NCBI GenBank assembly: GCA_965116025.1
Contig: OZ220480.1
Span: 1,760,001 to 1,824,000 of the forward strand
Length of the DNA: 64,000 nucleotides
From: an uncultured candidatus Porisulfidus sp.
GTDB lineage: Bacteria > Pseudomonadota > Gammaproteobacteria > Poriferisulfidales > Poriferisulfidaceae
Reading direction: 5' to 3'
Shown: positions 29,557 to 40,666 of the stretch, piece by piece
Numbering within the stretch: position 1 is the first letter of the stretch
Layout of the letters: each line of letters opens with the position of its first letter
Made by a program: the position numbers and the translations under genes
The notes under the pieces: model-generated
Told to the model about the DNA's origin: nothing
Databases searched by the model: none
The model's input: only the letters and a program-made list of their open reading frames with translations

Positions 29557-30849
29557 TCAATCGACCACTACATCAGTTTCTGTGCCGGATGACGACGTTA
29601 CGGCAGCATAGATTGTAAGTATTAGCTCTGATTCATCAATTACACGATATTCTGGAAGCTTCCCAGATAACTGTTCGCTTCGGGAAAGAATAATCGGCAC
29701 TCCTTCTCCGCGCTTATCCATGATATATGCTCGATGATGCTTGAAATCGTCCTCTTTAACTGGACAACGAGCCAACAAACTGGTAACAGTTTCATTCCTA
29801 GTGGCCTGCCTGTGAGGCAAGGTTTCTGGTGTCATTGTATTAATCATGGAACCTGGCGTATATAAATCTAATCTGTCATCGAACAGTCGGAGTCTGACTT
29901 TACTACCCGATATCGAATAATCTCGATGAGCAACGGCATTGGTCACCGCCTCGAACACAGCGAGCATATCAAATTGCGGAAGATCCTCACGCCCACCAGC
30001 TGGTGTTTTTCTCGCGGATATCACCATGTTCTTCCGAATAAAATCACAAGCATCAAATATCTGCTGGTCCAAAGGACCCGTGATATCCCGAGCATCACGT
30101 TGATACACTGATCGCGATTGCGTATCGATTTTTTTCCCTCGATACGCAACAGCCTGTATGAATGCCCCAGGAAGAAATTGTTGAGGTTTTGTGGAAGCTA
30201 GCAACATGCCTGCCACCGTGGGCCGCCAGACTCCGTCGCTACTTTGTGTTGCCATGGCCAATTTGGAAAGCAGCTGCTCTCGCGTATCAGTAGTCCTTGA
30301 TGTCATGAAGCGACTCCACAGCGTCTCGTCTAAATCATCAAAGTTTGCTAAGGGAACAGGGAGCTCGTCAAATCGAACTAACCGCGCCAAGCTACGTTGT
30401 TGGAACAGCCTTGCCAAATAGTCTGAAGGCATGAGTCGTTTGGAAGATCCCACACGGTGAAAGTAACCACCAGGGCTCTGATGAATAAACAGGCTAGGAG
30501 GGATTTCTACACGTACTATTGGCCGCTCAACCCCGTCACTATCTGGAAAACGAATAATATCGATCACTGGCGAACCCGGTGGATTCAAGGAATCTAGAGA
30601 CGCTTGCAGCGCTAACGCTTCCACGGCTTCTAACCGCTCTTCAGGAATTCCTAGTATTTCATGCGTCTTATCATTAACCCCTAAAAGCAATATTCCTCCA
30701 CGGGTGTTAGCAAAAGCGGCGATCTCATCCGCGAGCTCGTTCTGCTTCGGGCCTCGAATCTTGCCACCAGAAAAACGCACTTCTTTTAGTTCTAGAAAAT
30801 TATCTTCTCCTAGATTAATTTTTTCTAATAATTCACTGCGCGTGAACAT
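29557..30849 (-). CDS. Schlafen/AlbA_2 domain + HATPase_c_4 (RecG C-terminal-like) protein
   Basis: GEDNFLELKE, IAAFANTRGGILLLGVND, EAVTNAVAHRDYS, LYTPG, RN, MDKRGEG; AT-rich. Confidence 0.88.
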   Translation of the reverse strand: MFTRSELLEKINLGEDNFLELKEVRFSGGKIRGPKQNELADEIAAFANTRGGILLLGVNDKTHEILGIPEERLEAVEALALQASLDSLNPPGSPVIDIIRFPDSDGVERPIVRVEIPPSLFIHQSPGGYFHRVGSSKRLMPSDYLARLFQQRSLARLVRFDELPVPLANFDDLDETLWSRFMTSRTTDTREQLLSKLAMATQSSDGVWRPTVAGMLLASTKPQQFLPGAFIQAVAYRGKKIDTQSRSVYQRDARDITGPLDQQIFDACDFIRKNMVISARKTPAGGREDLPQFDMLAVFEAVTNAVAHRDYSISGSKVRLRLFDDRLDLYTPGSMINTMTPETLPHRQATRNETVTSLLARCPVKEDDFKHHRAYIMDKRGEGVPIILSRSEQLSGKLPEYRVIDESELILTIYAAVTSSSGTETDVVVD

Positions 30850-30850
30850 C

Positions 30851-33676
30851 TCAAACCTCACGCCCTAAGCGCATCCAGCGTCGTTTAAATGCTTTGTGTC
30901 CACCTTCCATAACGTGGCATACTTCCTCTCGTACATGTTCATCCTGCAACGCGCCTTTTTTCGTGACCCTGCATTGACCGGATTTAAAGCCAAGGGCATG
31001 CACCATTTCAGCATCACCGTTGACCACGATATTGGGATTATGCGTAGCGATGATCAATTGCCTGCGTCGTTTGTTTTCAAGTATTTGGCGAACAATCAAT
31101 TCGTAGATAACATGGTTATCCAGGTCGTCTTCGGGTTGATCTAGGATCAATGGCTCTTCTCCAAATGCAAGCAGAAACGCTAGCAAGGCCGCTGAACGTT
31201 GTCCCTGCGAACCTTGCTCGATAGCCTCCCAATCATTACCACGTCCCGTGCGAGAATATTCAGCGCGCAAGTCATCCTCAGGGAACCAGCAACGAATGCG
31301 GTCCTCAAACTCGGGATGGTCTAATTTTCGCTGAAGGAATTTTTGGAAGCGTTTGCCAAATTCTCCATCAACAGTAATCAAGCGTTTCTTAATTTTTTCC
31401 AAAGTAACTTCCTTGTCTTCGGATCTTGCCTGCGCCAAATCAAATGCCAGCCCCGACTTTCCGTGATCAGCCTGCAGAATATCCTTTTCGAATCTATCAT
31501 CCAGACAGCCCAACATCTCGCGCAAACTGCGCTCTACGCTTCTAGGATTAAATCCAAAACCAGTAACCTCCATGCGAACAAACTCATTATCTTTCAATGA
31601 ATTCTGGACAAATTTTTGTCGAGCTTCGGTTATCGCTTGACGAGCTTTTAAGACTTGTACCCACTGATATTCGCTGTCAGTTTCCAGCTCACTCCCATAC
31701 TTACGCAATTTGTCCAGTTCCCTTATCTGGTTTTCCAACTGCTGCCGTTTCTGCGCAAGGTCTCCAAAGTCCCGAGGCCCTTGGACCCCCTGTTCAGCGA
31801 AACTGTCTTGGAGCGCTTGATAATCAGCTTTCGCCTTGTTTGCAGTCGCACTCCATTTTGCCAACCTACGGTCTTTCTTAATGGACTGTATCTTGTCCAC
31901 GAGGATACTCGCGGCCTTCGCAAGTAGATTTCGTGCCTCACCTGATGCCTGTTCCATCTCGGCTTTCAGAGCAACCACGTCCTGATCTCTCGCAGAATTG
32001 AAAACGCCATCTGGCCAATCATCAAGGAGGATATCCTGCGCTAGCGTATTAATTCGTTCAGACATATCATTCAGTTGCTTTAGGGAGGCTCTTATTTCTT
32101 GGCGTTGCCGCAATGTCTGCTGGCGTGCCTTAAATATCTCTGCATGGCGAGACCGTGTGATGGCTTCTAACTTACGATTTAGGTCAGTGAGTTTTCTTTT
32201 CAACTCTGGGCGACCTTCCAACTGCCCATCTAACTCGCGAAGCCGTGCCCGGCTTGAAAAATATTTGCGCTTCTCGTTTTCAAATCTGCGCTGGACATCA
32301 AGCACTCCGGCCGCCTCATCGATAATATCTAGCAAAGCTTGCTTGTTATCCCCCACCATGGCTGAAATCTGACCTTGGGAGAGCAAGCGGACCGGAAATC
32401 GTTCCGATGCCAGCGTTTGATCATTCGAATCGCGCCATTCACCGTTTTCGTCTTTCTCTTCAACAATTGTGTTTTGACCATTTTGATTGCTCCACCGCAA
32501 CCGATGCGCGACACCGTCCCGAAGTATTTCAATACGGATCGCCGTACCTTCTCGTAAAGCACCTTGGGCATGTCGATCAGAAGGAGTTTTCGTAAAATTC
32601 TTGAACTGGTGATAAGGATCAGCGTCGCCACCCAATCGTTCCAAATCCCTACCCCGTTGATATGCCAGGCGTGCAGCGTGAATGATAGATGATTTTCCTG
32701 TGCCACGTCCGCCGATCAAGGCATTGGAATAAGGTGAAAATTCCAAACGTTCTGGATTCCTATTGCCCATGAAACGAGCCGATTCGATTTCTATACTGGT
32801 GATGAAATGCTTCGGGATTTGGAACGGCCGAAAATCCGCATCGTCGCTCCGCCATACCGAGACCCCGTTTCCATCAATAAGCGCCAAACGAACCCCATTA
32901 AGTGTAGGGGTGGCGCCCATTTTGATCCATGTATAGCGTGAACCAGGAACACCCTTGTTTGGGTGTCCATGGCAATCGCTACCCAACACCTTCGTTAATT
33001 GATCTACCTTCTTTCTTACACAGTCAGGAGGTGGTGATTGGAGATCTAGCCATTCGACCGCGAACAAGCCATCAATATCTACCGCTTGGAGTACTGTTCG
33101 CGCATCCAAGACACATTCGCGGGTGTTATGTTTAACGCGAAATAGTCCTTTGCTTTGGTCTGCATGGGCAGGAATAGGAATGCCACCGGCATTGAGTATC
33201 CCCTGCAGTACATCAGAGAGACTCGCCTCCGTTACTCCATTGGTGTCCCCAATAGATCCTTTGTATCTAACGGATCCGAGAAGTTGATCTATTTTTTCGG
33301 CATTGGTTTCTGGGTCGAAAATGGCAAGTAAATGAATACCCCCATTAACGGAAATTTCCACTCCCGGGAAAATGGTCAATTTTCGAAAGCCGGCGGGGGG
33401 TGTTCCTTCTTCTACCCGTTGCTGCATCAGCGCATAAGCATTTTTGAGTTTATCGATCCAATCTCCACTGTTATGGTCGGTTACCGCAACGCAGTCAATC
33501 TGGGCTTTCATATACTTTAACAACCATTTTTCTGGAGTCACCTCCTCTTTTCCTTTCGAATTTATCGCTCTTTGCTCACGATAAGCATCACGAGAGGCAG
33601 GCGTGTGGGTGTGGAAATCGAATTTCCACCACCGCGAACCAGGGTATGGCCAAATGTTCTGCTTATCTCTAATCAT
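30851..33676 (-). CDS. PHP phosphoesterase + coiled-coil ABC/SMC-type ATPase (Ppl/TrlF-like)
   Basis: DFHTHTPAS, AVTDHN, PGVEI, AH, GSDCH; Walker A GGRGTGKS, signature SQGQR, Walker B ILDQPEDDLD, ATHNPN. Confidence 0.88.
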   Translation of the reverse strand: MIRDKQNIWPYPGSRWWKFDFHTHTPASRDAYREQRAINSKGKEEVTPEKWLLKYMKAQIDCVAVTDHNSGDWIDKLKNAYALMQQRVEEGTPPAGFRKLTIFPGVEISVNGGIHLLAIFDPETNAEKIDQLLGSVRYKGSIGDTNGVTEASLSDVLQGILNAGGIPIPAHADQSKGLFRVKHNTRECVLDARTVLQAVDIDGLFAVEWLDLQSPPPDCVRKKVDQLTKVLGSDCHGHPNKGVPGSRYTWIKMGATPTLNGVRLALIDGNGVSVWRSDDADFRPFQIPKHFITSIEIESARFMGNRNPERLEFSPYSNALIGGRGTGKSSIIHAARLAYQRGRDLERLGGDADPYHQFKNFTKTPSDRHAQGALREGTAIRIEILRDGVAHRLRWSNQNGQNTIVEEKDENGEWRDSNDQTLASERFPVRLLSQGQISAMVGDNKQALLDIIDEAAGVLDVQRRFENEKRKYFSSRARLRELDGQLEGRPELKRKLTDLNRKLEAITRSRHAEIFKARQQTLRQRQEIRASLKQLNDMSERINTLAQDILLDDWPDGVFNSARDQDVVALKAEMEQASGEARNLLAKAASILVDKIQSIKKDRRLAKWSATANKAKADYQALQDSFAEQGVQGPRDFGDLAQKRQQLENQIRELDKLRKYGSELETDSEYQWVQVLKARQAITEARQKFVQNSLKDNEFVRMEVTGFGFNPRSVERSLREMLGCLDDRFEKDILQADHGKSGLAFDLAQARSEDKEVTLEKIKKRLITVDGEFGKRFQKFLQRKLDHPEFEDRIRCWFPEDDLRAEYSRTGRGNDWEAIEQGSQGQRSAALLAFLLAFGEEPLILDQPEDDLDNHVIYELIVRQILENKRRRQLIIATHNPNIVVNGDAEMVHALGFKSGQCRVTKKGALQDEHVREEVCHVMEGGHKAFKRRWMRLGREV

Positions 33677-33793
33677 GCTTGTTGACACGCCATTTGGGAT
33701 GATACCCGTCTTGCGAACACGACAGATTATAAGTCTCAAAGCCCAGTTGGGTTACGATAGTCGCTCAAAGCAACTCACTATGGAGGCTATGCC

Positions 33794-34213
33794 ATGCCAG
33801 TGGAAATCAAGCGCGGGTTCAAGCAAATGCTGTCCGAAGCCATCGACCAGGTGGAAGAGGTTTCGGTAGCGGAAGTCGCGCGAGCCCTGAACGACCCCCA
33901 TGTCGCCATCATCGACGTGCGCGACCAGAACGAACTGGTCCAGACCGGCACCGTGCCCGGCGCGCGCCACGCCTCGCGTGGCATGCTAGAGTTCTACGCT
34001 GACCCATCGTCCCCGAAACACCTTCCGGTCTTCGCCGAGGTCGAGAGCTTGATTTTGTATTGCGCGACCAGCGGACGTTCCGCTTTGGCCGCCAACACGC
34101 TCAAGCAGATGGGGTTCAAGAACGTGATGCATATGGCAGGAGGGTTCAAGGCTTGGGTCGAAGCCGGAAATCCTGTAGCCTCTCTCGCGTCCGAGGCCAA
34201 TGGCAAATCTTGA
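33794..34213 (+). CDS. Rhodanese-like domain protein
   Basis: IDVRD, RGMLEF, YCATSGRS, GGFKAW; GGAGG RBS. Confidence 0.92.
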   Translation: MPVEIKRGFKQMLSEAIDQVEEVSVAEVARALNDPHVAIIDVRDQNELVQTGTVPGARHASRGMLEFYADPSSPKHLPVFAEVESLILYCATSGRSALAANTLKQMGFKNVMHMAGGFKAWVEAGNPVASLASEANGKS

Positions 34214-34335
34214 AGAACGCGGGACCCTCGCGCCCAACCTCGAAATGGTTTATTCCACCAGCAAAAAGTCTAGCTGAAGGGTGAACGAGCGAGTTCAGCC
34301 CGTATGGCCGTAAGCCAAATACCACCTCGCTCCCT

Positions 34336-35676
34336 TCAAACACCAACTTTTTCTCCGGAATTCCTCTGCGCGTTCTGGCGAATTTTTCGTAGCCATTCCC
34401 CTATCGCCTTCTCATGCCCCCGGTCGACCGGGAAATAGAACGATACTCCCTGCAGAGATTCAGGGAGATAGACCTCGTCGGCAACATAGCCTCCTTCGTG
34501 ATCATGCGCGTATTGATAGTTTTTTCCATAGCCCAAGTCCTTCATTAACCGAGTCGGAGCATTGCGCAAATGCATCGGGACCTCCAAGCTGCCGGATTTT
34601 TTGGCTTGCGCCATGGCCGCCTTATAGGCCATATAGATCGCGTTGCTTTTGGGCGCGCAGGCCAAATACGCGACCGCCGACGCGATCGCCAGCTCTCCTT
34701 CCGGGGAGCCTAATCGCTCGTAAGTTTGCCAAGCGGACAGGCACAGGTTGAGCGCTTGCGGGGCAGCGTTTCCGATATCCTCGCTCGCCATCCGTACCAC
34801 GCGCCGAGCGATATAGCGGGGATCGCATCCCCCGTCCAGCATACGGCACAGCCAATACAAAGCCGCGTCCGGGTCGGAGCCGCGCACCGACTTATGCAGA
34901 GCCGAAATCTGGTCGTAAAAATACTCCCCTCCCTTATCGAATCTCCGGATGCCCTGCCCCACGACTTGTCGCATGACCTTCACGTCAATAATTCGATCTC
35001 CATCTCGCTCTGACGCGAGATCCAGCCCGATCTCCAGCAAATTCAAAAGGACGCGAGCGTCGCCGTCCGCCACCTGGATCATCAGGTCTCGCGCCTCGTT
35101 CTCCAGAACCGCCCTCCGCGCCCCGGCTCCTCGCTCCTCGTCCGTCAGCGCGCGCTCCAGCAACCGCGCCAGATCCTCCACTTCCAAGGTCTTCATGAAG
35201 TAGACGCGCACGCGAGACAGCAACGCGTTATTGAGTTCGAAAGAGGGGTTCTCCGTCGTGGCACCGAACAGGCAAATGGTTCCATCCTCGACATGCGGCA
35301 GGAAAACGTCCTGCTGCGCTTTGTTCAAGCGATGGACCTCATCAATGAATAGCGCGGTGGCCTTTTGGTCATGCTCTTGAGCCTGCCGCGCCGCCGCGAT
35401 CTCCTCGCGGATTTCCTTGACCCCAGCCAGCACTGCCGAAAGGCTGATGAATCGGGCCTGGGCGTACTTGCTGATCAGTCTCGCCAGCGTCGTCTTGCCA
35501 GTGCCGGGAGGACCCCAGAACACCATGGAATGAAGTTTCCCGGCCTCTATCGCTTGCCGCAAAGGCAATCCCTCCGCGAGCAGGTGCCGTTGACCCACAA
35601 ACTCTTCCAGGCCACGCGGGCGCATTCGATCCGACAGAGGCCGGAACTCCTCGCGCGAATCGAACAGCTCAGTCAT
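34336..35676 (-). CDS. rarA: Replication-associated recombination protein A
   Basis: GPPGTGKTT, DEVHR, ATTENPSF, SALHKSVRGSDPDA, ASEDIG. Confidence 0.96.
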   Translation of the reverse strand: MTELFDSREEFRPLSDRMRPRGLEEFVGQRHLLAEGLPLRQAIEAGKLHSMVFWGPPGTGKTTLARLISKYAQARFISLSAVLAGVKEIREEIAAARQAQEHDQKATALFIDEVHRLNKAQQDVFLPHVEDGTICLFGATTENPSFELNNALLSRVRVYFMKTLEVEDLARLLERALTDEERGAGARRAVLENEARDLMIQVADGDARVLLNLLEIGLDLASERDGDRIIDVKVMRQVVGQGIRRFDKGGEYFYDQISALHKSVRGSDPDAALYWLCRMLDGGCDPRYIARRVVRMASEDIGNAAPQALNLCLSAWQTYERLGSPEGELAIASAVAYLACAPKSNAIYMAYKAAMAQAKKSGSLEVPMHLRNAPTRLMKDLGYGKNYQYAHDHEGGYVADEVYLPESLQGVSFYFPVDRGHEKAIGEWLRKIRQNAQRNSGEKVGV

Positions 35677-36308
35677 CGGGCCGGCGAGCCAAGAATATCC
35701 GTTCCCGCGGGAGGGCGATAGGAAAAGTTCTCCGGTCGCAATGGTGGATTCACTCGCACCTGCTCAAACCGCACGCGCACCTGCTGTCCGAACTGATCCA
35801 CGAACCGTAAACGCTCCAGCGTCCCCGCGCGCAGTCCGATCAGAATCTCGACCGGGCGCTCGGCATCGGCTCGAGAGCTCAGCGTGGTCCAGTCGATCCC
35901 ATCTTGCCGCCAAGCCTGCTTGACGGTGAATACGTCTTCCAGAATCCGTGAGCCCAGCAAGGCCGAGAGAGGAGTGTCGCTCATGGCCTCCTCTATTGGC
36001 GAGACCGTCGCCTGCTCAAGCACAGGATCGTACAACCAAAAGTCGATGCCATCCGAAACCAGGATCAAAGGCTCGGGCTCTCGATAGTTCCAGCGCATGA
36101 AATTCGGTCGCAACAAACTCATGTCTCCGTGACCAGAACTCAGCAAAACACCATCTGGCGACCAAACCGATTGCTGGAAAAACGCGGTCAGGGACTGAGT
36201 CCGCTCGAAAAACTTCCCGAGCTCGTCCTCTGGAGACGCTTGCGCGATATGCGTCACCGCCACCCCCCCGAGAAAGCATGCCAGCGTCAGGACCCACGTC
36301 GGGCGCAT
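35673..36308 (-). CDS. lolA: Outer membrane lipoprotein chaperone
   Basis: RP..MRWNY, VSDG..W.YDP.LEQAT; ftsK-lolA-rarA order. Confidence 0.92.
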   Translation of the reverse strand: MRPTWVLTLACFLGGVAVTHIAQASPEDELGKFFERTQSLTAFFQQSVWSPDGVLLSSGHGDMSLLRPNFMRWNYREPEPLILVSDGIDFWLYDPVLEQATVSPIEEAMSDTPLSALLGSRILEDVFTVKQAWRQDGIDWTTLSSRADAERPVEILIGLRAGTLERLRFVDQFGQQVRVRFEQVRVNPPLRPENFSYRPPAGTDILGSPAR

Positions 36309-36310
36309 GT

Positions 36311-38611
36311 TCAGGATTCGCCAGGAGGTGGCAGAAGAATCTCGCGGCTTCCTCCCGACTGCACCGCGCCCACGATCCGCGCTTCCTCCATTTCCTCAAT
36401 CAAGCGCGCGGCGCGGTTATAACCAACCTTGAGGCGCCGCTGCAAGTAGGAAATGGAGGCCTTTCGGTCCCGTAGCACGATGTCCACCGCCTCTTGGTAC
36501 AAAGGGTCTTCCGCGCCCCCTTCCCCCTCCTCGGTCAAGCCAGGAATCGCCGACATCGCACCCTTTTCGGTGACCTCCTCCAGATAGTTTGGCCCCCCTC
36601 CATGCTCGCGCAGATACTTGGCCACTTTAAGCACCTCGTCATCCGAAATAAACGCGCCATGCACCCTCATCGGCAAGACCTCTCCCGCGTCCGAGAAAAG
36701 CATGTCCCCATGTCCCAGCAACTGCTCCGCTCCCCCCTGATCCAGAATCGTGCGCGAATCGACTTGCGAGGCGACCCGAAACGAGATGCGGGCGGGAATG
36801 TTCGACTTGATCAGACCAGTGATCGCCTCTCGAGTTGGGCGTTGCGTGGCGAGGATCAGGTGGATGCCGGCGGCGCGGGCTTTTTGGGCGAGGCGGATGA
36901 TGTAGTCCTCGACCTTTTTGCCCGCGACCATCATCAAATCCGCGAACTCGTCGATCATGACCACGATGTAGTGCAGATGATCCAGAAGCGGCGCCTCGTC
37001 CTCCTCGCCAACACTTTCATGAGTGGGATCTGGAATCGGCTCGCCTTTCTCTTTCGCCTCCTTGATCTTCCGGTTGTAGCCATTCAAGTTTCGCACGCCC
37101 AGTCTAGACATGACCTTATAGCGTTTCTCCATCTCGCTCACACACCACAGCAAGGCATGCTCCGCCTTCTCCATGTCGGTCACCACCGGGGTCAGAAGGT
37201 GCGGGATCCCCTCGTACACCGCGAGCTCCAGCATCTTCGGGTCGATCAGAATCAACCTCAGATCTCGCGGCAGAGCCTTATACAGCAGACTCATGATCAT
37301 CGCGTTAATCGCCACGGATTTTCCAGAGCCGGTCGTGCCGGCGACCAGCAAATGAGGCATTTTCGCCAAATCGCAGACGATCGGCTCACCGTTGATGCTT
37401 TTTCCGAGCGCTAGGGTCAACAGGGATCCAGATTGATTGAACGCTTTCGACCGCAGGATCTCGCCAGCCACGATCATCTCGCGATCCTCATTGGGCACTT
37501 CCAGCCCGATAACCGATTTTCCCTCGACCACTTCTTCCACGCGAACGCTGACCACCGACATGGAACGCGCCAAGTCTTTCGCGAAACTGCTGATCTTGCT
37601 ACCTCGCACTCCTGGGGCCGGCTCCAAGTCGAAACGAGTCACGATCGGCCCGGGCGTGACGGCCACGACCGTGACGCCCACGTTGAACTCCTCCATTTTG
37701 ATCTCGATTTGTCTAGACATGTTGTTGAGAGCTTCCTCGGAATATCCCGGATTGCCCTCCCCTGGCTGGTCCAGCAAATCAAGCGGTGGAAGCTCCTTCG
37801 ATCCTTGGGGCTGCAACAGGGTCATTTGGCGTTCCCGGGCCGCTCTTTGGGCATCGGTCTCGATATGGATTTTTGGCTCAACTCGGGTGGGCTTCTTAGT
37901 GGCGCGCCGCGCTTTGGCCTGTTTACGCTTTCGCTCCCGTTGCTGGCGGTCCGCGCGGCCGGAGAGAAACTCGCGCGCCCACTGGATCCCCGCGATGGCA
38001 GAAGAACCAGCCTCCCAGGCCATTTTTCCCAACGCGTCGATCATCCTCATCCATGAAAAACCGGTCCACATGGTGATCCCGACACCGAGCGAGGCCAGCA
38101 GCAAGACGGTCGCGCCAACCTCGCTGAACGCGAAGACGAATCCGCTAGCGACGCCCTGCCCGATCAGTCCACCGCTTCCAGACGGCAACGCCGGAGCTAG
38201 TAAGTAGAGTCCGATCAGGGAGCAAGTCGCCGTCAAAGTCGCGAAAAACCCGCCCCAGCGCACCGCGGTCAAGACCCAAGCCGATCTCTCGGCCTCACGG
38301 GATACAGGACCCTGGCTGTACAGCAACCAACCGTGATAGCCCAGCATGAACGGGACCAAATACGCGATGTAGCCTAGCAAGAACAAGAGCATGTTCGCGA
38401 GGACCGCCCCGACCTGCCCCGCCGCGTTCCGGACCTCGCCATCCCCGGTGTCCAGCCAGCTCGGGTCATCTGGATGGTAAGTGATCAGGGCGACCAGCAA
38501 GTAGGCGGCCAGAGCCGTGAAGATGAGCAGCGCGCCCTCACGGAACGCCGGAGACACGCGTATTGGCCGTGAATCCTGCTTTTTCGCGCGCTTGGGAGGC
38601 TGCTTTTTCAA
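36311..38611 (-). CDS. ftsK: DNA translocase FtsK
   Basis: N-terminal TMs, PHLLVAGTTGSGKSV, DEFADLMM, gamma domain LQRRLKVGYNRAAR. Confidence 0.97.
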   Translation of the reverse strand: MKKQPPKRAKKQDSRPIRVSPAFREGALLIFTALAAYLLVALITYHPDDPSWLDTGDGEVRNAAGQVGAVLANMLLFLLGYIAYLVPFMLGYHGWLLYSQGPVSREAERSAWVLTAVRWGGFFATLTATCSLIGLYLLAPALPSGSGGLIGQGVASGFVFAFSEVGATVLLLASLGVGITMWTGFSWMRMIDALGKMAWEAGSSAIAGIQWAREFLSGRADRQQRERKRKQAKARRATKKPTRVEPKIHIETDAQRAARERQMTLLQPQGSKELPPLDLLDQPGEGNPGYSEEALNNMSRQIEIKMEEFNVGVTVVAVTPGPIVTRFDLEPAPGVRGSKISSFAKDLARSMSVVSVRVEEVVEGKSVIGLEVPNEDREMIVAGEILRSKAFNQSGSLLTLALGKSINGEPIVCDLAKMPHLLVAGTTGSGKSVAINAMIMSLLYKALPRDLRLILIDPKMLELAVYEGIPHLLTPVVTDMEKAEHALLWCVSEMEKRYKVMSRLGVRNLNGYNRKIKEAKEKGEPIPDPTHESVGEEDEAPLLDHLHYIVVMIDEFADLMMVAGKKVEDYIIRLAQKARAAGIHLILATQRPTREAITGLIKSNIPARISFRVASQVDSRTILDQGGAEQLLGHGDMLFSDAGEVLPMRVHGAFISDDEVLKVAKYLREHGGGPNYLEEVTEKGAMSAIPGLTEEGEGGAEDPLYQEAVDIVLRDRKASISYLQRRLKVGYNRAARLIEEMEEARIVGAVQSGGSREILLPPPGES

Positions 38612-38667
38612 GATGGAATCGGAAAGTCGCGCCCAAATTATAGGATAGGCGCTTCGGGATTCGGTAA

Positions 38668-39636
<969 letters not shown>

Positions 39637-39637
39637 A

Positions 39638-40666
39638 TCACTCGGGCTCCTCGCCCTTCTCGAGGATATCGGACCAGCGCAACGCCATGCTGTTGTAGGC
39701 GAAGGACGGGATCCGGAACGCCCATCTCTCGAAATGGCGGGCGAGAAGCTCCGCCCGGGCGTGGTCCTCGTCATTCACACCCTCCTCTATTTCTATCTTG
39801 AAACGCGCGTATCGCTCCACGCCCACGGAGAACAAGCGCGCCTCCAGGCTATAGCCTTGATCCAGCGCGTACCGAGCCTGGACCGCGTCTCCCAAATAGG
39901 TCTCGGCCTGATCCGCCGGCATGACATCTTCCAAAGACAGGCTAGTGATGGCGCTGGCCATCCGATTGAGCGCGTATTCGCTCTTCAGAGTCGCTCCTTC
40001 CGGAATGTTAAGCGCGGTGAATCTCACGTCCGCCGCTTCTTCCGCACGTCGTCCCTCGATCCTCTCACCGTCTGGATGCGTGACTTCCATGAACGTCACA
40101 TGCTCCATCCCTATGTCCAGCAACTCCGGCTCAAGCCAACGACGCGGCTCTCCCGGAATCGCGAACGCCCGATCCACGAGCCAAGCCTGATCGTCATCGG
40201 CGACCCGCACGTAGGTAGCGTTGCGTCTCTCTGGACTCGCGCCAATCCGAACTGACCGGCTTTCCGTTTCGGAGCCCAGCGTGATTCGCTGGCCCCGCGC
40301 GTCCACCCGATCAATGCCGCCCAATCCCAGCTGCGCATGCTGCGCCGGATCTCCGGTCTTGCGCTCCAAAATCTTCGCTTCCGAGAGATCCAGCAATAAT
40401 CCTCGGATAACGCCAACGTTCGCGGGGTAGAGACTCCGTTGCTTCACGCCCCATCCTTCTGGACGGCGTTCCAAGGTCACTTGCGGCAAATCGCCGGGAC
40501 CGACGACCTCGATCCTGGTGACCGAGTTGATATCGAGATCTTCAAGCCAATGGGCTCCCAAGTATTCCTGATCGCCAGCCTGATGCCGAATGCCGTGCAT
40601 CACGATGGTCAGCGATAGCACGACCCCGGTCGCGGCCGCCAAGAAAAACAACTCGCGGCGAGTCAC
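39638..40666 (-). CDS. DUF4340 domain periplasmic protein
   Basis: Single N-terminal TM, YPAN, LGL, TYVR; typical last gene of Gld-like ABC operons; GTGA overlap. Confidence 0.75.
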   Translation of the reverse strand: MTRRELFFLAAATGVVLSLTIVMHGIRHQAGDQEYLGAHWLEDLDINSVTRIEVVGPGDLPQVTLERRPEGWGVKQRSLYPANVGVIRGLLLDLSEAKILERKTGDPAQHAQLGLGGIDRVDARGQRITLGSETESRSVRIGASPERRNATYVRVADDDQAWLVDRAFAIPGEPRRWLEPELLDIGMEHVTFMEVTHPDGERIEGRRAEEAADVRFTALNIPEGATLKSEYALNRMASAITSLSLEDVMPADQAETYLGDAVQARYALDQGYSLEARLFSVGVERYARFKIEIEEGVNDEDHARAELLARHFERWAFRIPSFAYNSMALRWSDILEKGEEPE

